DNA of 64,000 nucleotides. Source: Candidatus Omnitrophota bacterium. GTDB taxonomy: Bacteria > Omnitrophota > Gorgyraeia > Gygaellales > Profunditerraquicolaceae. A model generated the notes under the pieces. That model had not been told where the DNA came from. It made no database searches and was given only the letters and a program-made list of their open reading frames with translations. The translations under genes were made by a program, and so were the position numbers. Location: assembly GCA_028716965.1 (NCBI GenBank), contig JAQUOV010000008.1, forward strand, positions 16,766 through 80,765, in the 5' to 3' direction. Shown piece after piece: positions 45,001-60,000 of this stretch. Numbering within the stretch: position 1 is the first letter of the stretch; every line of letters starts with the position of its first letter.

Positions 45001-48000
45001 AACTGTCGCTTACGGAATCCTGCCCTCTCTCTGCCTCAATCGGATGATAACTGTAATGCCATTCCGGGGCAAAGGTATAGCTGCCTTTCGTGGCATGCAT
45101 CCCGATGCCGTTAAAACCGGGGTACCACTGCCCCCACTGCTCATTTACAGCTGCTACCTTAAACCCTGAACCATCATGCAATATGCTATGTTTGCCATTC
45201 CACCAGTTAACAGCGCCGTCCCAGCTCTTTGTTACTTCGTGATGCAGACGCATATCCAGCTCAGGCCTGACAAAAATCCTGACACGATCAATCCCTTCGG
45301 TTGCCGCAAAGACTTCGTAGGCAAAGACCAGCCGATTTGTGCCTTGCTCAAGCGCAGCGGTTTTAACAATTATCGCTTCTTCTTCCCCTGCTTTAACCGC
45401 AAATACCCACTTTGGCAGCGGGTAACGCTGAAAATGATGAAGTTGTTCAAAATCCAGCCGGAAAGAAAACTCTCCTGTTTCGGTCAATAAAACCACATCC
45501 TCCACTGTTCCCCTGAACACGATTCTGCGCGCCTCATCAGGCGCGTCAGGAAGAAGATTAACCTGAAATCCGTCATATTTACTCGCGTAACCTGCTGTTT
45601 CAATCGCTCCGCCATGCTGATAACGCGATAATGGCCGCACAGGCAGACGGAGAATGCTGCCTTTGCCGTTTGCGATGGTTACGGTGCTGTGCGGATAATC
45701 CTCAAACTTATCTTTATTGATTACCAAAGATAAATCCTCGGTATTCCCGCGCATGCCGATTCTTCCTGCCTCAGGCAGAAGGCGCAAGTGATATTCCTGG
45801 CGTCCATAATCACCTTCCCATCCGCAGTTATGGAATTTCTGCGGCCAGAAAAAGCTCACTGCGTAGCGGCCTTTTTCTAAGGGCGGGATGAGCACATAAT
45901 ATTCGCGCGTATTCCCTTTAATTACCGCAGGTATGATCTGTTCATTAGCGGTATTTTTATCTTTCAAATACAGCATGAAGGGGTACTTATTCTTAAAAAG
46001 AAGCTTGAAGCCGCCATGGAACATTGTTTCCTTAAATTTAGCGGCCTCCCAATCCCATTCTAAATATGTGCCTCTTTGGGAGTCCAAAACCATTCCCGGA
46101 ATAACGATCTGCTTTTTAGTAACGCACTCAACCGACTCAAGGCGGTATACCGCTATCTGGCCCGGGCCAAGCGTTACATTAAAAAATGGAGCCTCCATAT
46201 TCAACTCCTCATCGGTCCTCAGCTCCAGGAAGCGTACCCGTGAAGCTGCCTTCACTTTTAATGCCATCAGCGGGAGGAGGAAGGAAACCGTTTTTTCCCG
46301 GTTGCTGAAATTAGCCGCGACTATCAATCTATTGTCCGCGTGTACCTTAAGGAATGTAACGATATGTTCTTCGTCATTATTCGGGATAATACTCAAATCT
46401 GAATAAGCGATTGCCGGATTATCTCTCCTTACCTGCGCCAACCACTTAAGCCATTCCGATAAGTCAAGCGGCCCGGCTGCCTTTGTCCCCCACGGCCGGC
46501 CGATAAGCTCTCCATCACTGCCCCTTAACTCTTCTTTTATGGAACCTTGTGCCCCTGTTTCGCCTAAACTTAACAACCCGGTAGCAATCCTTGGGCCAAG
46601 GGACAAAACTCCCATAAATGCCGGACCGACTATGCGCAAATTATCCGGACTCTGCATTCCGGTAAGATGCTCGAACATTCTGGCGTATTCTGTGGCCCAG
46701 CGAAAGCTATCATGGGTATCAACAACGGTGAAAGAATGGCCCCGCGATATAACGGCCATATCTCTAATGAAATCGCGCAATATCTTCGCTTTCAAATCAA
46801 GGATAATCGAGTACTGCAGGAATCCTAACTTATGCAAATGTTCGTACGCATGGCCGTCCCCTCCTAACTGCTCGACTATCGGCAAAAGCTGGCGCTTCAT
46901 AAAATATGCGGCTATTTTCTCCCAAAGCGCGGTATCACAATGGACCCTGCAAGAGTTTTCTTTATAAGATCCCCGGCCATACATATGGAATGCGTCCAGC
47001 CGCCAGCCGGAAATCTTCACAGCCGGATCATTTTCTTCAAATACCCTGGAGAACACTTCCTCCCAATACTTAAATTGCTGGAGGCGGGGGTCAACCTGGC
47101 CTTCTTTCACCATTTGGGCGATGGCATTTTCATTCCAGGCGGCGCTGCATCCTAAAATCTGCTCGTAGCCTAAAGTGAATCCCGGGCAAAGGAACTCACG
47201 GCCATGCTTCATAAAATACTGTTTATTATACCTGGTATCTACGCTTTCAATCGCCCGGTAATAAGGCATATCCCCTAAAACATACGTTCCCAGTGAATGC
47301 GCCGATCTTAATAAGGCATGGAATTGTTCAAGGGCCACAAACTGTTCGTAAAGAATGAACTCCCTGATCCGGGTCTTTTTAATGGAATGTCTTTCAAATT
47401 CTTTTACGTCGTAATGCCAATCATCGACTCCATAGCCTTCATATTTGAATATCCTCCAGTAAACGAATTTTGCGTAATTCTGGATCTCTTTTGATTCTAA
47501 AAAGCGGTTAAACGCTTCTTTCCGTTTTGGATCACCCAATGACATAAAATACTTGAACTTGGCTATTTGGGTATCCCCTTCATCCAAAACAGCCGGCCAG
47601 TTTATTAAGCGCGGGTGTATCGTTTGCACTGATATCGGGGTAAAGGGACTGGGGAGCGAAGTGGGAAAAAATGGAGAAAATATGAAAACGTTAGTTCCTG
47701 CCTGTTCACGCATTACCCGCATATAATCGGCTATGCCGCTAAAATCTTCCTGATAACCGGCTGCCTTCACGTCCTTAAGATAAAGATACATCGGAATGGA
47801 ATCATCCGGGCTAAACCAGCCCGGAAGAAGATCAACCTGAATGGTTACATTTTTACCGCATACCCCAATAGGCTCTTGCCCCGGGAGTTTCGCGTAGGCA
47901 GTCAATTCATACGGCCCTACTTTTAAGGCTTCCACCCATACTGTCGCGACAAAAGTCTTATCCCCATTTTCATAGCGGTTCTCAACAACAGATCCTTTAC

Positions 48001-51000
48001 CGATCAAGATGTTTCTCCAGGCGCCTGAATTTATGTTTGTATAAATGCCTACAGTTAGATCTCCCTTATTAATTTTACCCTTTGTTTCCACGGTTATGCG
48101 CACCGGGAAACGTTTGTTTATCCCGATGGGAATGTGGCTTCCGGGGGCAGGCTCCAGTATAACCGACTCGATCCTATCTACAGCGATCACGGCTGAAGAT
48201 GAGCCAGCCTCCTTTACAGTCATGTATTTTGCGTTAACGCTGCGCTTAAGAAAGCCGGCAAACTTTAATTCCAGGAATAATAAATATTTGCTGCCGATGA
48301 CCCCAGTTTTATCCGTGGTTTTTATCCTGGTAGAAAGATTAAAATATTCCACGGCATTCCCGGGATCAAGCACAAACGGCGGAACTCCTTCATGCAATAA
48401 AAGAAACCCGATATATATTGCCCCGGAGCGATGATTGCCTTCTTTAAAGAGCTGCGGATAACTGAGTATGTTGGCGTAAATGCTCGCCGCCCTCATATAA
48501 GGAGAAAATAACCGCAGCTTTTGCCTGAATTTATCAATGTAATGCTTATTCTTGATGAACTTCTCTCTTGTTTCTCTTATAAACTGGTCAAAATAGAGGA
48601 AGTCCGCGCAATCTTCTCCGTATAAACAAATAACGTCCAGATCAATAATATTTATCCCGAGGCCGCGTGATATATTACTATTTACATATCCGTAGGCATA
48701 GACTAAATTTTCAATGATTTTATCCGATATCTCCTCTCTTCTCATGATCAGGCGATCGTTTATCACCGGGAAATCCAACTGGACTTCTTTTAGCGACTTG
48801 CGTATTTCTTCTAAATTAAAGGAGGAAGTGCTTTCCTTCGCTCCAAAAATAAAATTCTTCCGTAAGCCGGATAAATCCGGCCCCGCCTGCAAAGTCGAGG
48901 ATGAAATAAACAGTGAATCCGGATCCAATAATTCAATATCGGGGAATGCCTCCCGGAAAATCCTTTTTGCCGTTGAATTAATTAGATTAAGATCATAAGA
49001 ATTCGCGGACATAACATTTTCAAATAAAATGGCGGCGCCTATCTTTCCATGGTCTCCAAGCAATTCATCAACTTCATCAATACTTCCCATGCCGGATAAT
49101 TCGTAAGTAATATACCTGCTTGAGAAATACCTGGGATTATCCGGTTCAAAACCATCCTGCAAACCGGAGAAAATATAAGTTAAGGTGAGGTCGGGATATT
49201 TTACTTGGGATAACTCTGCTAAATAAGAAGGGACTTCCTCCCTGATTTCGCTTTGTTCCATTTTATTCTTGCTCTCCCAATACATGGCTGGAATGTGGAA
49301 ATTATGCTTGAGGGCGGTATCCGGGTACCCTTTATATTCCCTTGCCTTGTGCATTAATTCATGGACTTTTACCCCATATATTAAGGAAGCTAATATCTCC
49401 TGCACACCCACCGCGGCAAAAGAATCTCTTATCCAATCACGCATTGATGGGGGAGGAAGCCTTAAGTATGCATATGGATCTATCCCCAATAAGTACCTGA
49501 ACAAATTCATCATCTTATCTAAACCATCCAGGCAAACGCATACTATCGGGAACCCTTTTAAGGATAAACCAACATCATTTGCCCTTGAATCAACTTCTTG
49601 TAACCCTCTTAGATAAAGCATCTGCGTTTCCCTGCCGTCTAACGAATAGAGTTCTTTCTGCTGAATTTCAAAGATTTTAATATCGTATGCCAGGGACCCA
49701 TCCTTGCAAGATCTGACTATATTGAAATCAGCAAATATATTACACGGCACAAGATAGCCGATGTTAAATTCATCAACTTTGCTCTGAATCTTTAAAGCTC
49801 TTTCCAGGCTAATCAGGTTATACCGGCCATCAACTAAAAACTGAACTATTTCTCCCAATTCCGAAGAGATTTCCGCGGCCTTGACAAGAAGTTCATTTTC
49901 CAGGGAGATTCTATCTTTGCTCATGCCCCTGAGGTTAATATACTGGCGGAATTCTACATCCATGAAATTAATTAAGATGGCGTGAGTTTTATCGGATTTA
50001 TTCGTGGATTTGCTTAAAGATGAACCGGAGGATATTTTACTCGTTTTTTCAAGAAATCCCGGAGGCGAGCGGGGAGAGGAATTTGCGCAATCTTGCTGTT
50101 TCTGCAGGACAACCGCTTCCCAGCCGTAATATTTATAGGGAGCATTTGGCTGAAGTGACTTAATTATTTCAATTATCCTTCGCCGGCTATTCAGATATTC
50201 GTTAGTTTTAAGAACCCAATTATCATCCAATATCGCTTTAGGGTCATAATATTTATCGTCCGCATTATACGGATTTAATACCATAAAACCACCCGGCCTT
50301 AACCAATTTTCTACATAATCAAGATGGCCGTTGTATACATTGGAAATCTTTTGCGATGCTTTCTGATAATAGATATCTAACTTGCCGTTTAATTCAAGAT
50401 CTAATTCTTGAGCTTCATTAATAAAATTATGGTTGATGAATATTATTTCACGTTCCTTATAATCTCCCGGGAGCACAAACCTTAATATTGTTCTCCCCCC
50501 ATCTTCAGGTATCTTAATATTTTTCTTTTCTACTCCCATCGCCTTTAACTCTTGAATAATATAGTATTCAATATTGAATTCAAGGCTGGAATAATAACCA
50601 AAACTATGTTCAAATTTACCTTCAAAATATGCAGAACGATGGTCCACCGGCTTCCATTCATCACGGTGTTTCCTTAAATTATTACTGCTTATTTCTAACT
50701 GATCAATAAAATATGCCTTCCCAAAACCGGTAGATAACCACAGAGTAGAAACGTCCGCACCGGAACAGCCATATCCAACAACTACGTCTTTTGATCCAGG
50801 GTTAACTACGGCTCGGATTGCCTTATAATAATTCACAAAATTCCTACCTAGTAAGCGGTTATTAATTAAGTTGCTTTCCACAATACCGAGCGAGGATCCG
50901 GATTTTTTAACTAAGCTGCATACTTCCGCGCAAAGCCCTTTCTCAAATTCCTCTAAAAGCATGCGCTCATTGGGAGTATAACCCGAATAATCATATTCCA

Positions 51001-54000
51001 TGCCCAGAATATTCATATAGATAATGGCGAATTTCAAGGCTGCCAGACGGCAGTCAAAAGCAGGAAGCATCCTTCCGGCGTTATGCATTATGCTGATGAT
51101 CCCATCCGGGGTCTCGGTCATGTATTTAATAACTCTTTCTGCCCATATTTTGTTAGGATACTGCTGGACCTCCTTAGGCGTGCGGCATTCTGAAGCAAAC
51201 TTATACGCGTAATAACGCGCCGATAAGTCCTCCAGGGCCTCCTGCAAACCTTCGGGAGTATAAGGTTCAAACAAATAGCCGTTTCCCTTCTCCCCGTGAT
51301 GAATGACGTTTAAAACCTGCTGTACCGGTCCGCCGGTATAGCTGGAAATAAGTATGGCATAAGTAAGCATATATTTCTTATCCGCCATCCCCGCTGCCTC
51401 CAGCGGAGGTATGGTGGTCTGCACCCCGGCGGTAACACCCTTGAGGACATATTCGGATACTTCGGTATTCCAGATAATATAAACAAACCTTCCGGCAAGC
51501 TCCGGGTCCTGCGCCAACTGCTTAAATTGCAATGCCCACTCCTGGCAAAGGCTGTCTTTTTCATGCGCCTTGCCGGCAAAAGCCATATCAAATGCCAACC
51601 CCCCCTCCTCCAGCGTACCGGTAACATAATATATGCCTTTCAGGCTTCCTCTTCCGGGAATAGAAAGAATAAATGTGTTATTTTTAAAATCGGCGATACG
51701 CCTGGCTTCCAACAATACCGGGTAACCCTTTCTTAATTTTACTCCCGTCAATTTTTCCAACTCGGCCTTCATGAAAGCTTCTGCCTTGCGCTTTAATCCC
51801 CAGATGATTTCTTTTTCCAGCACTGCTCCCGACTTTTGCAGCTGCTCATTCAACATCCAGTATAATGTCCATATGGAATCTTCGATGGCAAAGAATTTCT
51901 CTTTATGCGCGGGATATTCCTTTTGCATTACCCCTAAATGCTCTTTTCCTACGGTGCCTACGGCCTTAGCCTTGATGATTAAGGCTAAGAAAGGATCGTA
52001 CATCATTGAAGGAGTTCCATTGCAGTCACGCTCTTCAATGATAAATTCACCGCACTCATCCCTGTTTAAACCAAGTATTGCTTCCAGCAAATATGGGTAA
52101 TACCTGGGGAATGATTGAGGAACTGCGGTATGGGCAAATCCGATAAGGTGATTTCTCGCATTATCAAAATACGGGTCATCGCGATACTCCGGATTCTTAA
52201 ATAAATCCGGGAGCAGGGCTATTGCCGGGTACGCTTCATGCACCTGGGGCATATCTATAGACACGTTAAATTCCCTGGAGAATGCCAAAACTGCCCTGGT
52301 AAAATAGGCGGCCTGTTTAAACCGGTCCGGGTCGCGCGGCTCCGAAGGATACAAGCGGTCTGCTACTTCTTCGGTAATTTCAATTAACGGGACAAAGGCC
52401 GCTTTAGTACCGGCGCCGTCGATCTTTAAAGTAGATTTCATCAAATAGACCGTGGTGGTGATATCTTTGCCTGATAGATTAAAGGTAATTTGCCTTTCCT
52501 CAATCTTCTCCCATTTTTCAAATTCGTCTTCATAGCCGTTAATTAGAACGGAGTAGTCAAGCGGATCATTTAAATCCATGTGCGGGACCATTTGCCTGAA
52601 CTCTTTGCCTTCAACAACCTTCGCTTCCAAAGATTTGTCTATGGCCATATACTGGCCTACCCCTCTTTTATAGATGAGAAGCGGGAAATAAACATTGGCC
52701 CCGGAATAACGCAGGCCGCGTAAAAATCCCTGGATCAATACACCCAGGCCTCCGCCTAAGGCTCCCAGCAGTTTCTTCATAAGCAGGCCTGATTCAATGC
52801 TTAAAGCAAATACATTGGTTTGTTCAAGCTGGCTGAACGGTTTATAAGCCGACTTTTCCAACGATAGCTTATCCGGAAGGATCTTCTCTACCTCGTGGTA
52901 TTCCCTGCTGTCTATTACTACCCTGTGTTTACCGGCCGAATCGCAGATCACTAAATTCACTTTTATAAACCCCGGCATATTTGCCGCGCCGGCATCCCAG
53001 ATGTATCTGGTCTCCCTGTCTTTTCTATAAGCTTGTTCAGCAAGCGGAACGTCGCAATACCGGCATTCTTTTGCGGTTAAAGAATTTTCAATTCGCGATG
53101 CCCCATTACCGTTTCCGATTTCCAGCTCTACCGGCGGACGGAAATCTTCAAAATGGCGCGTATCCAGGACAATTTCGAACGGATCATACTTTGTGTAAGC
53201 GACCTTCCCCTCGCTTTCTCCCGGGTTGAATCTTCTGTCCCTTAAAGCGTGGGCAAGGACCTTATGGTTAACGATGTTGTAAGGAAGCAGCTTAAGGATG
53301 AATATTTCATTCAGGGAATTTACCGCATAGTCATATTGGCGGCTTCCTTTGGGATATGCCTGAAGCACTGTCACTATCTGGTCTATTACCCAGTTCCTTT
53401 TTTCATCCGAATCAAGCCTCAAAAACAGGTTATAAATAGTGTGGGCTACGCGCGGGTATTGATGCTCTACCAGTAATTTATAAACCGGGACTTCAGTATT
53501 GCCCAGGAACTCCGGCTGGGTGATAACCCAGGAGGCTCCCATCCGCGTTTCATCGTTGTCGCTAAACAATAACTGCTTTAAAGAATTATTGAATTGGTTT
53601 CTCGCGGATTGCGAATCCTCAAAAGCCTTATACAGTGAATATAATGCCGTCGCCCATTTGTAACCTGCCGGAGGTCTAATCGCAGAAGTGATCCGGCAGA
53701 TATTTTCTTCGTTTAAAGCCGGCAGCTGCTCTTGAGGAGCCTTGTAATCCATCCTTAAGCGATATGAATTATCGGTCAACATCCCTGTTAAGTGATAAAC
53801 AATAAATCCATTACCTCTCTCCGAAAGTGTTTGCTGCCTCTGTATTTCCGTTAAAATTGTTCGCGACTTTTTATAACTTAGCGAGTTGACCGGCTCCTTT
53901 TTCAGCGCGCTTCCCAATTGAGCAAGTACCCAAAGCTTCTTATCAGTGGACTTCAACTCAGCGTAGATATCGGAAATGATCTTGGCCGCTTTCCTGACCG

Positions 54001-57000
54001 CTAATCCGGAATAAAGAATGCTTAATATGGATCCGTCCTCTTCCTTTTGCCGGACCAGTTCCTTGTGCTGGATAGCCCCTAAAAACTCCGGCTGAGAAAT
54101 TATCCAGGCAGCCCCTATCCTTAAATCCCTGTCGTCGTCAAATAAAAGCATTTCCAAAGCATGCTCAAATTCTCTCTTAAATCTTCTTGATGAAGAAAAT
54201 TCCCCGTATAGGCCTTCATAAACTATACTTGCCCATTGGTGGCCAACGGGCTCTTTAATACCCTTTGTAAACCTGACAATGCTCTCGGCATTCAGAAAAA
54301 CAGGCTCTTCTACCGCGGAGGATGCCTTAGCCCTGAAATAATCAAGCATCCTTTCATGGATACGATAATTATCCCTGGATTTAGGCTGGGTCCAGATAAA
54401 CCAATGCACCGGGGCAGCCGGAATATCCCGGCCTGCTTGATAATCCACAATAAGCTCATACTTAATATTTAATTCGGCAAAATCCTGCCGATAGTCATTC
54501 CCTGCTTTATCTTCACGAATAATATCTGAAAGGGAGAGGCGCTTATATGTATGCGGGTACAAACCATCAAGGGTAAAATGGATCTCGTGCGGGATCTTAC
54601 CGAAAGACCCCCTGCCCATAATTTCCATTAATACCCTGCGGAAAAGATTCCTGTGGCAAACCCCTGCGGCTCCACCCATTATCACGATTAAATTGCTCTC
54701 TATACCGCTTAAATCGTGGTCTGTTGGAGTAGTATGGACCCGTTCTTCAACATGCCTGCAATTCCCTAATTCAGAAAAGTGGGATTGATGCACAAAATGA
54801 ATAATACGGCTGAAAACATTTCTTCTTTCTTCTGAAGCAATTATCTCGGGGATCGCGGTAGCCGAATCAATAAGATATTCATCATATTGGCAGCAATGCG
54901 ATATCAAAAGAACCGGCTTTCGGCTTAAGGGGCTGCTTGAGTTGAATAATCTTATTTTAAGGAAGACGTCCTCTTTTTTTGCGGTATTTACGATTCCATT
55001 TTGCTCAAGCGCTATTATTATATCCGCCATGCGGAAAATCCCGGCATAAGCGGGTTTCTCCTGCTTTGAAAGGACGGCTAAGAAAAATTGCTGATACACC
55101 CCGTTCTTGATAAAGTTAATAATACTGGTTCTTGCTTCTCCGGATATCCCTCCCATATAGTCCGATAATTGAGATATGAAATCAGCCCATTCATTGTCAC
55201 CGTTCCTGTTAAGCCAGAATCCATATAAGGCCAACCAAAGCATCAATGAGTCATATTCATTTAAATTACGCTCCTGGCGCAGATGCTTATAAAGAGAATA
55301 AAGCAGATAATATAATTCCCCGTCCTTGATGATCCTCTTTAAATGCTGCAACTGCGCGCCGATAATTTTCTCAGAAAAGGGGTCGCTCGTTTTATTAAGC
55401 AGGCCTTTATTAACCCCGAATTCTTTTTTTCTGAATAACTCCGGGTTATTCAGGCATTCCTCATAGATCGCCCTTAAACGCGGGCAATCTATTAACCTGT
55501 GCCATTGCACGGAGCGCGCCACATTTTCCCAGGCATAATTCCCGCGGTTAAAACTGCGGCGGCTGTCAAAAGCGAACTTGCCGTCAACCTCATTAAGGAA
55601 CAACCGGCGAACCCCTCTCTCATTAATGCGTAAAGCGTATGCGTATTTGCGGAATGCCGGCTCTAAATGCACAATACCGCTCTTATAGTCTTCATTGTGT
55701 AAATTCAAGAACTCTTCAAAAGAACGTTTACATTCTGCCAGCTTTGCCTCTTTTTCTTGCGGCCTTCCCTCCTTCTCCGCAAGCATAGCCTCTTCATACA
55801 CCCTGCGTAATTTTGTCGGCAGGGATTCCTTGACGCTGCTTTTCACTATCACTTTCTTTAATTTTAAGATCTTCTTATCGGGGTCCGGATGATAGCCGCT
55901 GATTGGAACGGATATGTTCGCTTTACTGACATCTACGACAACACACCTGACCAGGCGCAAGCCCATCCGCTCTTTCAGCCTCTTAACGGTAAGTTCGGTT
56001 TCATTCTCCTCAAAATAGTCGTCTTCAAAGGCCACAACCAGCACCAGGCCGAAATCTTCCCTCTCCTCGCGCGTAAAAAGTTTAAAGAAACGCTTCTGGA
56101 TCCCTATGGCTTCTTCATCATCCAGCCATTCAAAGTTGTTCCCGGGAAAACCGTTGGCAGAAGTTTCTTTAATGATTTCAATGATCTTTTTCTCAGCCAC
56201 ATCATCAAGTTCTTCCGGTAAAGAATCTATGTTTACTCCCAGCTTCTCGGCTAATAGGTCCACCAATAAAGCTTTCTTTGCCCGCTGCTCTCTTATGCCT
56301 CTTAATTTACGGGCAAGTGCCCTTATCTTCTCCGCCAACCAGCTAAATACGGTAATCCTGCCTTCTCTTACCCGCTCTCCTCTCCATTTTGGGTCATTGA
56401 TCCTCTTGAACTTATAGGCGACCCACAGTGCCTCTTCAAGACTGTGGCTGCAGCATTCTATTGCGTTCTCTAGTGCGAGAATGTAAGGAATAATGAACTT
56501 CGCCTCTTCAGTATCTTCCAGAATAATCCGCTGGCGGATAAAACCTATGAGCGATTTTTTCAATTCTATTGCCCGGTTAATCATGCGCATATTGCGTACA
56601 TCCGCGTCCGCGTTAATAACCAGGGGAATGCCGATTTTATTAAGCGTTCTATCTGAAGCAGCTCCAATGCCCTCTATGGCGAAGACTTCGCTGCCCGGCA
56701 ATATTCTTTCTAACAACTCAAACCTGTTATGCGGCTTTAGATATGCGCGGTTAGCCGCTTTCTTACTATAGCCTGTTTCTGATATTGATATTTTCTGCCT
56801 CCTCACAATCAAAACGTGCTTACCCCACTCTTCTTTTGAATAGGTATAAGGGGTGGCTTTCGCTCTGGGCTCTAATTTAGCTTTGCCGTTGCCGTCTGTT
56901 ATTTCCTCATATGTTTGAGTATGTATATAAAGCGCGAGCTTTCCTGCTTCTTCTGCCGCAGTGAACTTCAGCGTCCTTATCGCCAGGTCATTTGTTGCCC

Positions 57001-60000
57001 CGCCGTCATATTCCAGCAGTTTTCCATCTCCGTTATCAGAAAAATTGATTATTTCCGTATCCGGCAGGCCGGCATACTTTGATAATTCTTCGCGCGGGCA
57101 GACTATCGGCCAGTCTAATTCAAGGATAACCTGTTCCGATATCTTACCTTCGGCCCTTTCCGCATTATGCGTTCTGATTATGTACTCGGTGTCCCGCAAC
57201 CCTATTGTGTAAATTCTTTCTCTTGCCTCCGGCTTTGACAGATCACGGGTATAAAGAACGGTCTTGTTCACTTTAAGTACCGGCATCGGGCCTTCCTTTG
57301 AGCCTGTCTGCCGCAGCAGCGGATTCCACTCTCCCTCCATCCATTGCACTTGTTCTTTACCGATATGGATGATTATCTTTCCGCTGGGAGTGTGTTCGAT
57401 CATAACGGTCCCCCCGCTTCCTGAATTATCATATACGGGCTCCATTGTAGGAATTCGCCTGCCCTCCCCGAAGCTGATAAAAAACTTTTTCCAGATTTTC
57501 GCGAACCTGGCCACGTTAAATTTCTGGTCAAAAACTTCTGTAGCTTTGCCTGTTCTCTCGTCAACAGGACGATAATCCTTTTGTTTTAAGACCATATCAA
57601 ACTCATGCGCCGCCTCCTTTAACCCGAGTTCTTTACAGAGATCCCTGAAAAGCTCCAGCAAAGTTGTCTTCCCGCATCCCCCTAACCCTGTGATTAAGTC
57701 AAGCGCGAAATCTTTTTGTTTCATCATATTTAGATCTTTGCCTAAAAGTTCATATATTGCCTGTTCAACCGTAGTACTTCCGATGGCCAGGGCCTTGATG
57801 TAATGCATCCAGGAATTAAACTGGGACTCAATATGCTCAACCGCGTCAAGCTCAACCGTATACGGCTCTTGCTTTCCATCACGATAGGTATCCTTAATGG
57901 TAAGCGAAGAAGAGCTGCCTGCTATATCGGATCTATAAATCATTTCCATTATTTCCAGAGGCAGGCAAGAAACACTTATATCAAAACTCTTATTATTAAA
58001 ATCGTCATCCTTGAATAACCCTGCCACAAATTCAGCGAATGCCTTATCGGAAATATACTTGAATTCCGCACCCGGTATCTCAAGTACCATAATAAGATTG
58101 CGCACCCACTCGCGGAGACTCTGATTAACGAACGGATTACCGGACAATAAAGAAATCTCCGAGAAATCATTTAAATCCGTGACTTTTCCGAAAATATCCG
58201 AATTAATAAGCGAGCCATGTTCAGGCTGAAGTAAACCAGCCCTAAGGAGAGCCCTGAGATTTCTGCCATAATTACAGGACAGTTCCGATAAGTATGATCC
58301 CAAGGCAGCTTTTTTGCTTAAGCCCGGATACAGCTCATTTAATATTTCAAAGAATAATTTCCTGTCTGGATTAAAACTTCCCTTAAAAAATACCGATAGT
58401 CTGCGGTAATCGCTGACAGGGCTCCTGATCACAGCCCCATATTCAGTTCCCTCGTGCTTAAATAAGGGTAAGATGGAGCAAGTATGCCTGGTAAGAGTCC
58501 CGTCTTTTGCCGATAGTATAGCCTCTCTATGGATAGCATCTTCTTCGTGCCGGCCCAAACCCACCGCAAGCCTGCTGCTTACCTGATGCCACCAACCCAG
58601 AAATACCCCGCGCTTACCCAGGTGCCTTTCATATACCGTAGGCGGAAAATCAGAAGAAAGATTGTGGTGCCTGTACATGGGTGTGCCGGTTTTCTTGAAT
58701 TCCAAACCAAACATCTGCCATTCAACGTCACCGTAAACTGCCATTCTGTACGGAATAGGCAATAAGATTGACCTGCCCCCGATTCCTAAAACCGGAATTG
58801 TGAAAGGCTCGCCGCTGCTGTCAATGACCCTCCTTAAACCAAATTGCTCATAAACCTCGGCGTCGGTAAGCGACCTGATGAATTCAGCAGTAGGGGCGAC
58901 TTCCTTCTTAACATAGAACGGGCCGGCAAAAAAGACAAGGGCGCCTTCCGGAGTATTTAAGAAGTCAAAAGGCAGTTTCAATCCCGCGGGCAAATCCCAC
59001 TTCTCCCCCTCTTTTATGTAAACTCCGGCTTTAAGCGGGATAAACGGCTTACCGATATGATCAAATTTCTTTTTCCCGGTCTGCCTATCAACGTTAATGC
59101 TGGCGACCGGCATTTGAGGCACAATCTCAATCATGTTCATAGTTGCCTCTAATTTAACTTCTTTTAAAACAAATAAATCCAGAGATGAGGAGGCCTTATC
59201 ATTCTTGCTGTCTCGGGAAAGCGGGCTTAACCAGAGTGAAATCCGGTTCTGTTTAAGAAGGATAAATAAAAGCGTCTTTAAGTAAGCCTGGCGAGGGCTA
59301 ATACTTTCTGTAGATATATGGAAATCAATATTGGGATAAAGGTGAGGGCCGTAATCCTCTTTCCTGTTTTCCTTATCCAGTTCTTTCAGCTCTTCTACGC
59401 TCCAGCCAAGCATCTTGGCGCGAACAACCACGGAAGCGGTAAACATAATATTGATGGCATCCTGCGACCAACCATATGGCTCTGTGGTATATAAGATAAC
59501 ACCGGTATATCTGGGGTCCTTGAGAGCGGCTTCTTTTGTTCTCCCGATGAATTCTTCCAAAACCTCTCTCACTTCAAGGTAGCTCGCTATTCTATGGAAC
59601 TCCTTCCTTGTTTTATCATTTTGGTCGAATTTATACCTGATATCTTCCCGCAAGGTACGGCCCGATTTATTCAAGAATACCGTTGTAGGCAAGCCAAAAA
59701 TCTCCGCCGGCTCCACGGTGCAATTTATAAACGGCAAGATTATTTGCAATTGCCTTCTAAGCTCATCCGGATTATTTATATATATTTGGGGGTCGATTCC
59801 ATTTAACTCCCACATCCAATATAGTAAATAAATCGCGGTGCGCACTATCCAGCCCGGATTCATCGGGCGTAGCCCTAAGAAACAGGCTATGGCAAGGTAA
59901 ACTGATTTACGATAAGAACCGCGCAGCCCGCTTATATTCACAATGGGCTTGCCGAATAAGGCTTTCACCAGCATCCTCTTTATAATGCCCGGGTCCTTCC

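Noticed and set aside
46981-47040. Specific GH13 alpha-amylase region II call for GWRLDAFHM
   Set aside because: The Lys-His spacing after the Asp does not match the GH13 consensus (G-F-R-x-D-A-A-K-H). I kept it only as a generic glycosidase-like candidate.
18622-58170. Small minus-strand ORFs in the track (18622-18855, 25983-26201, 33310-33492, 35491-35706, 38920-39162, 44665-44877, 51310-51627, 57976-58170)
   Set aside because: All are in the two minus-strand phases that are not the coding phase of the giant ORF. Their products (e.g. MLPVRWRRGGWHLIWLLPARR...) look like off-frame translations.
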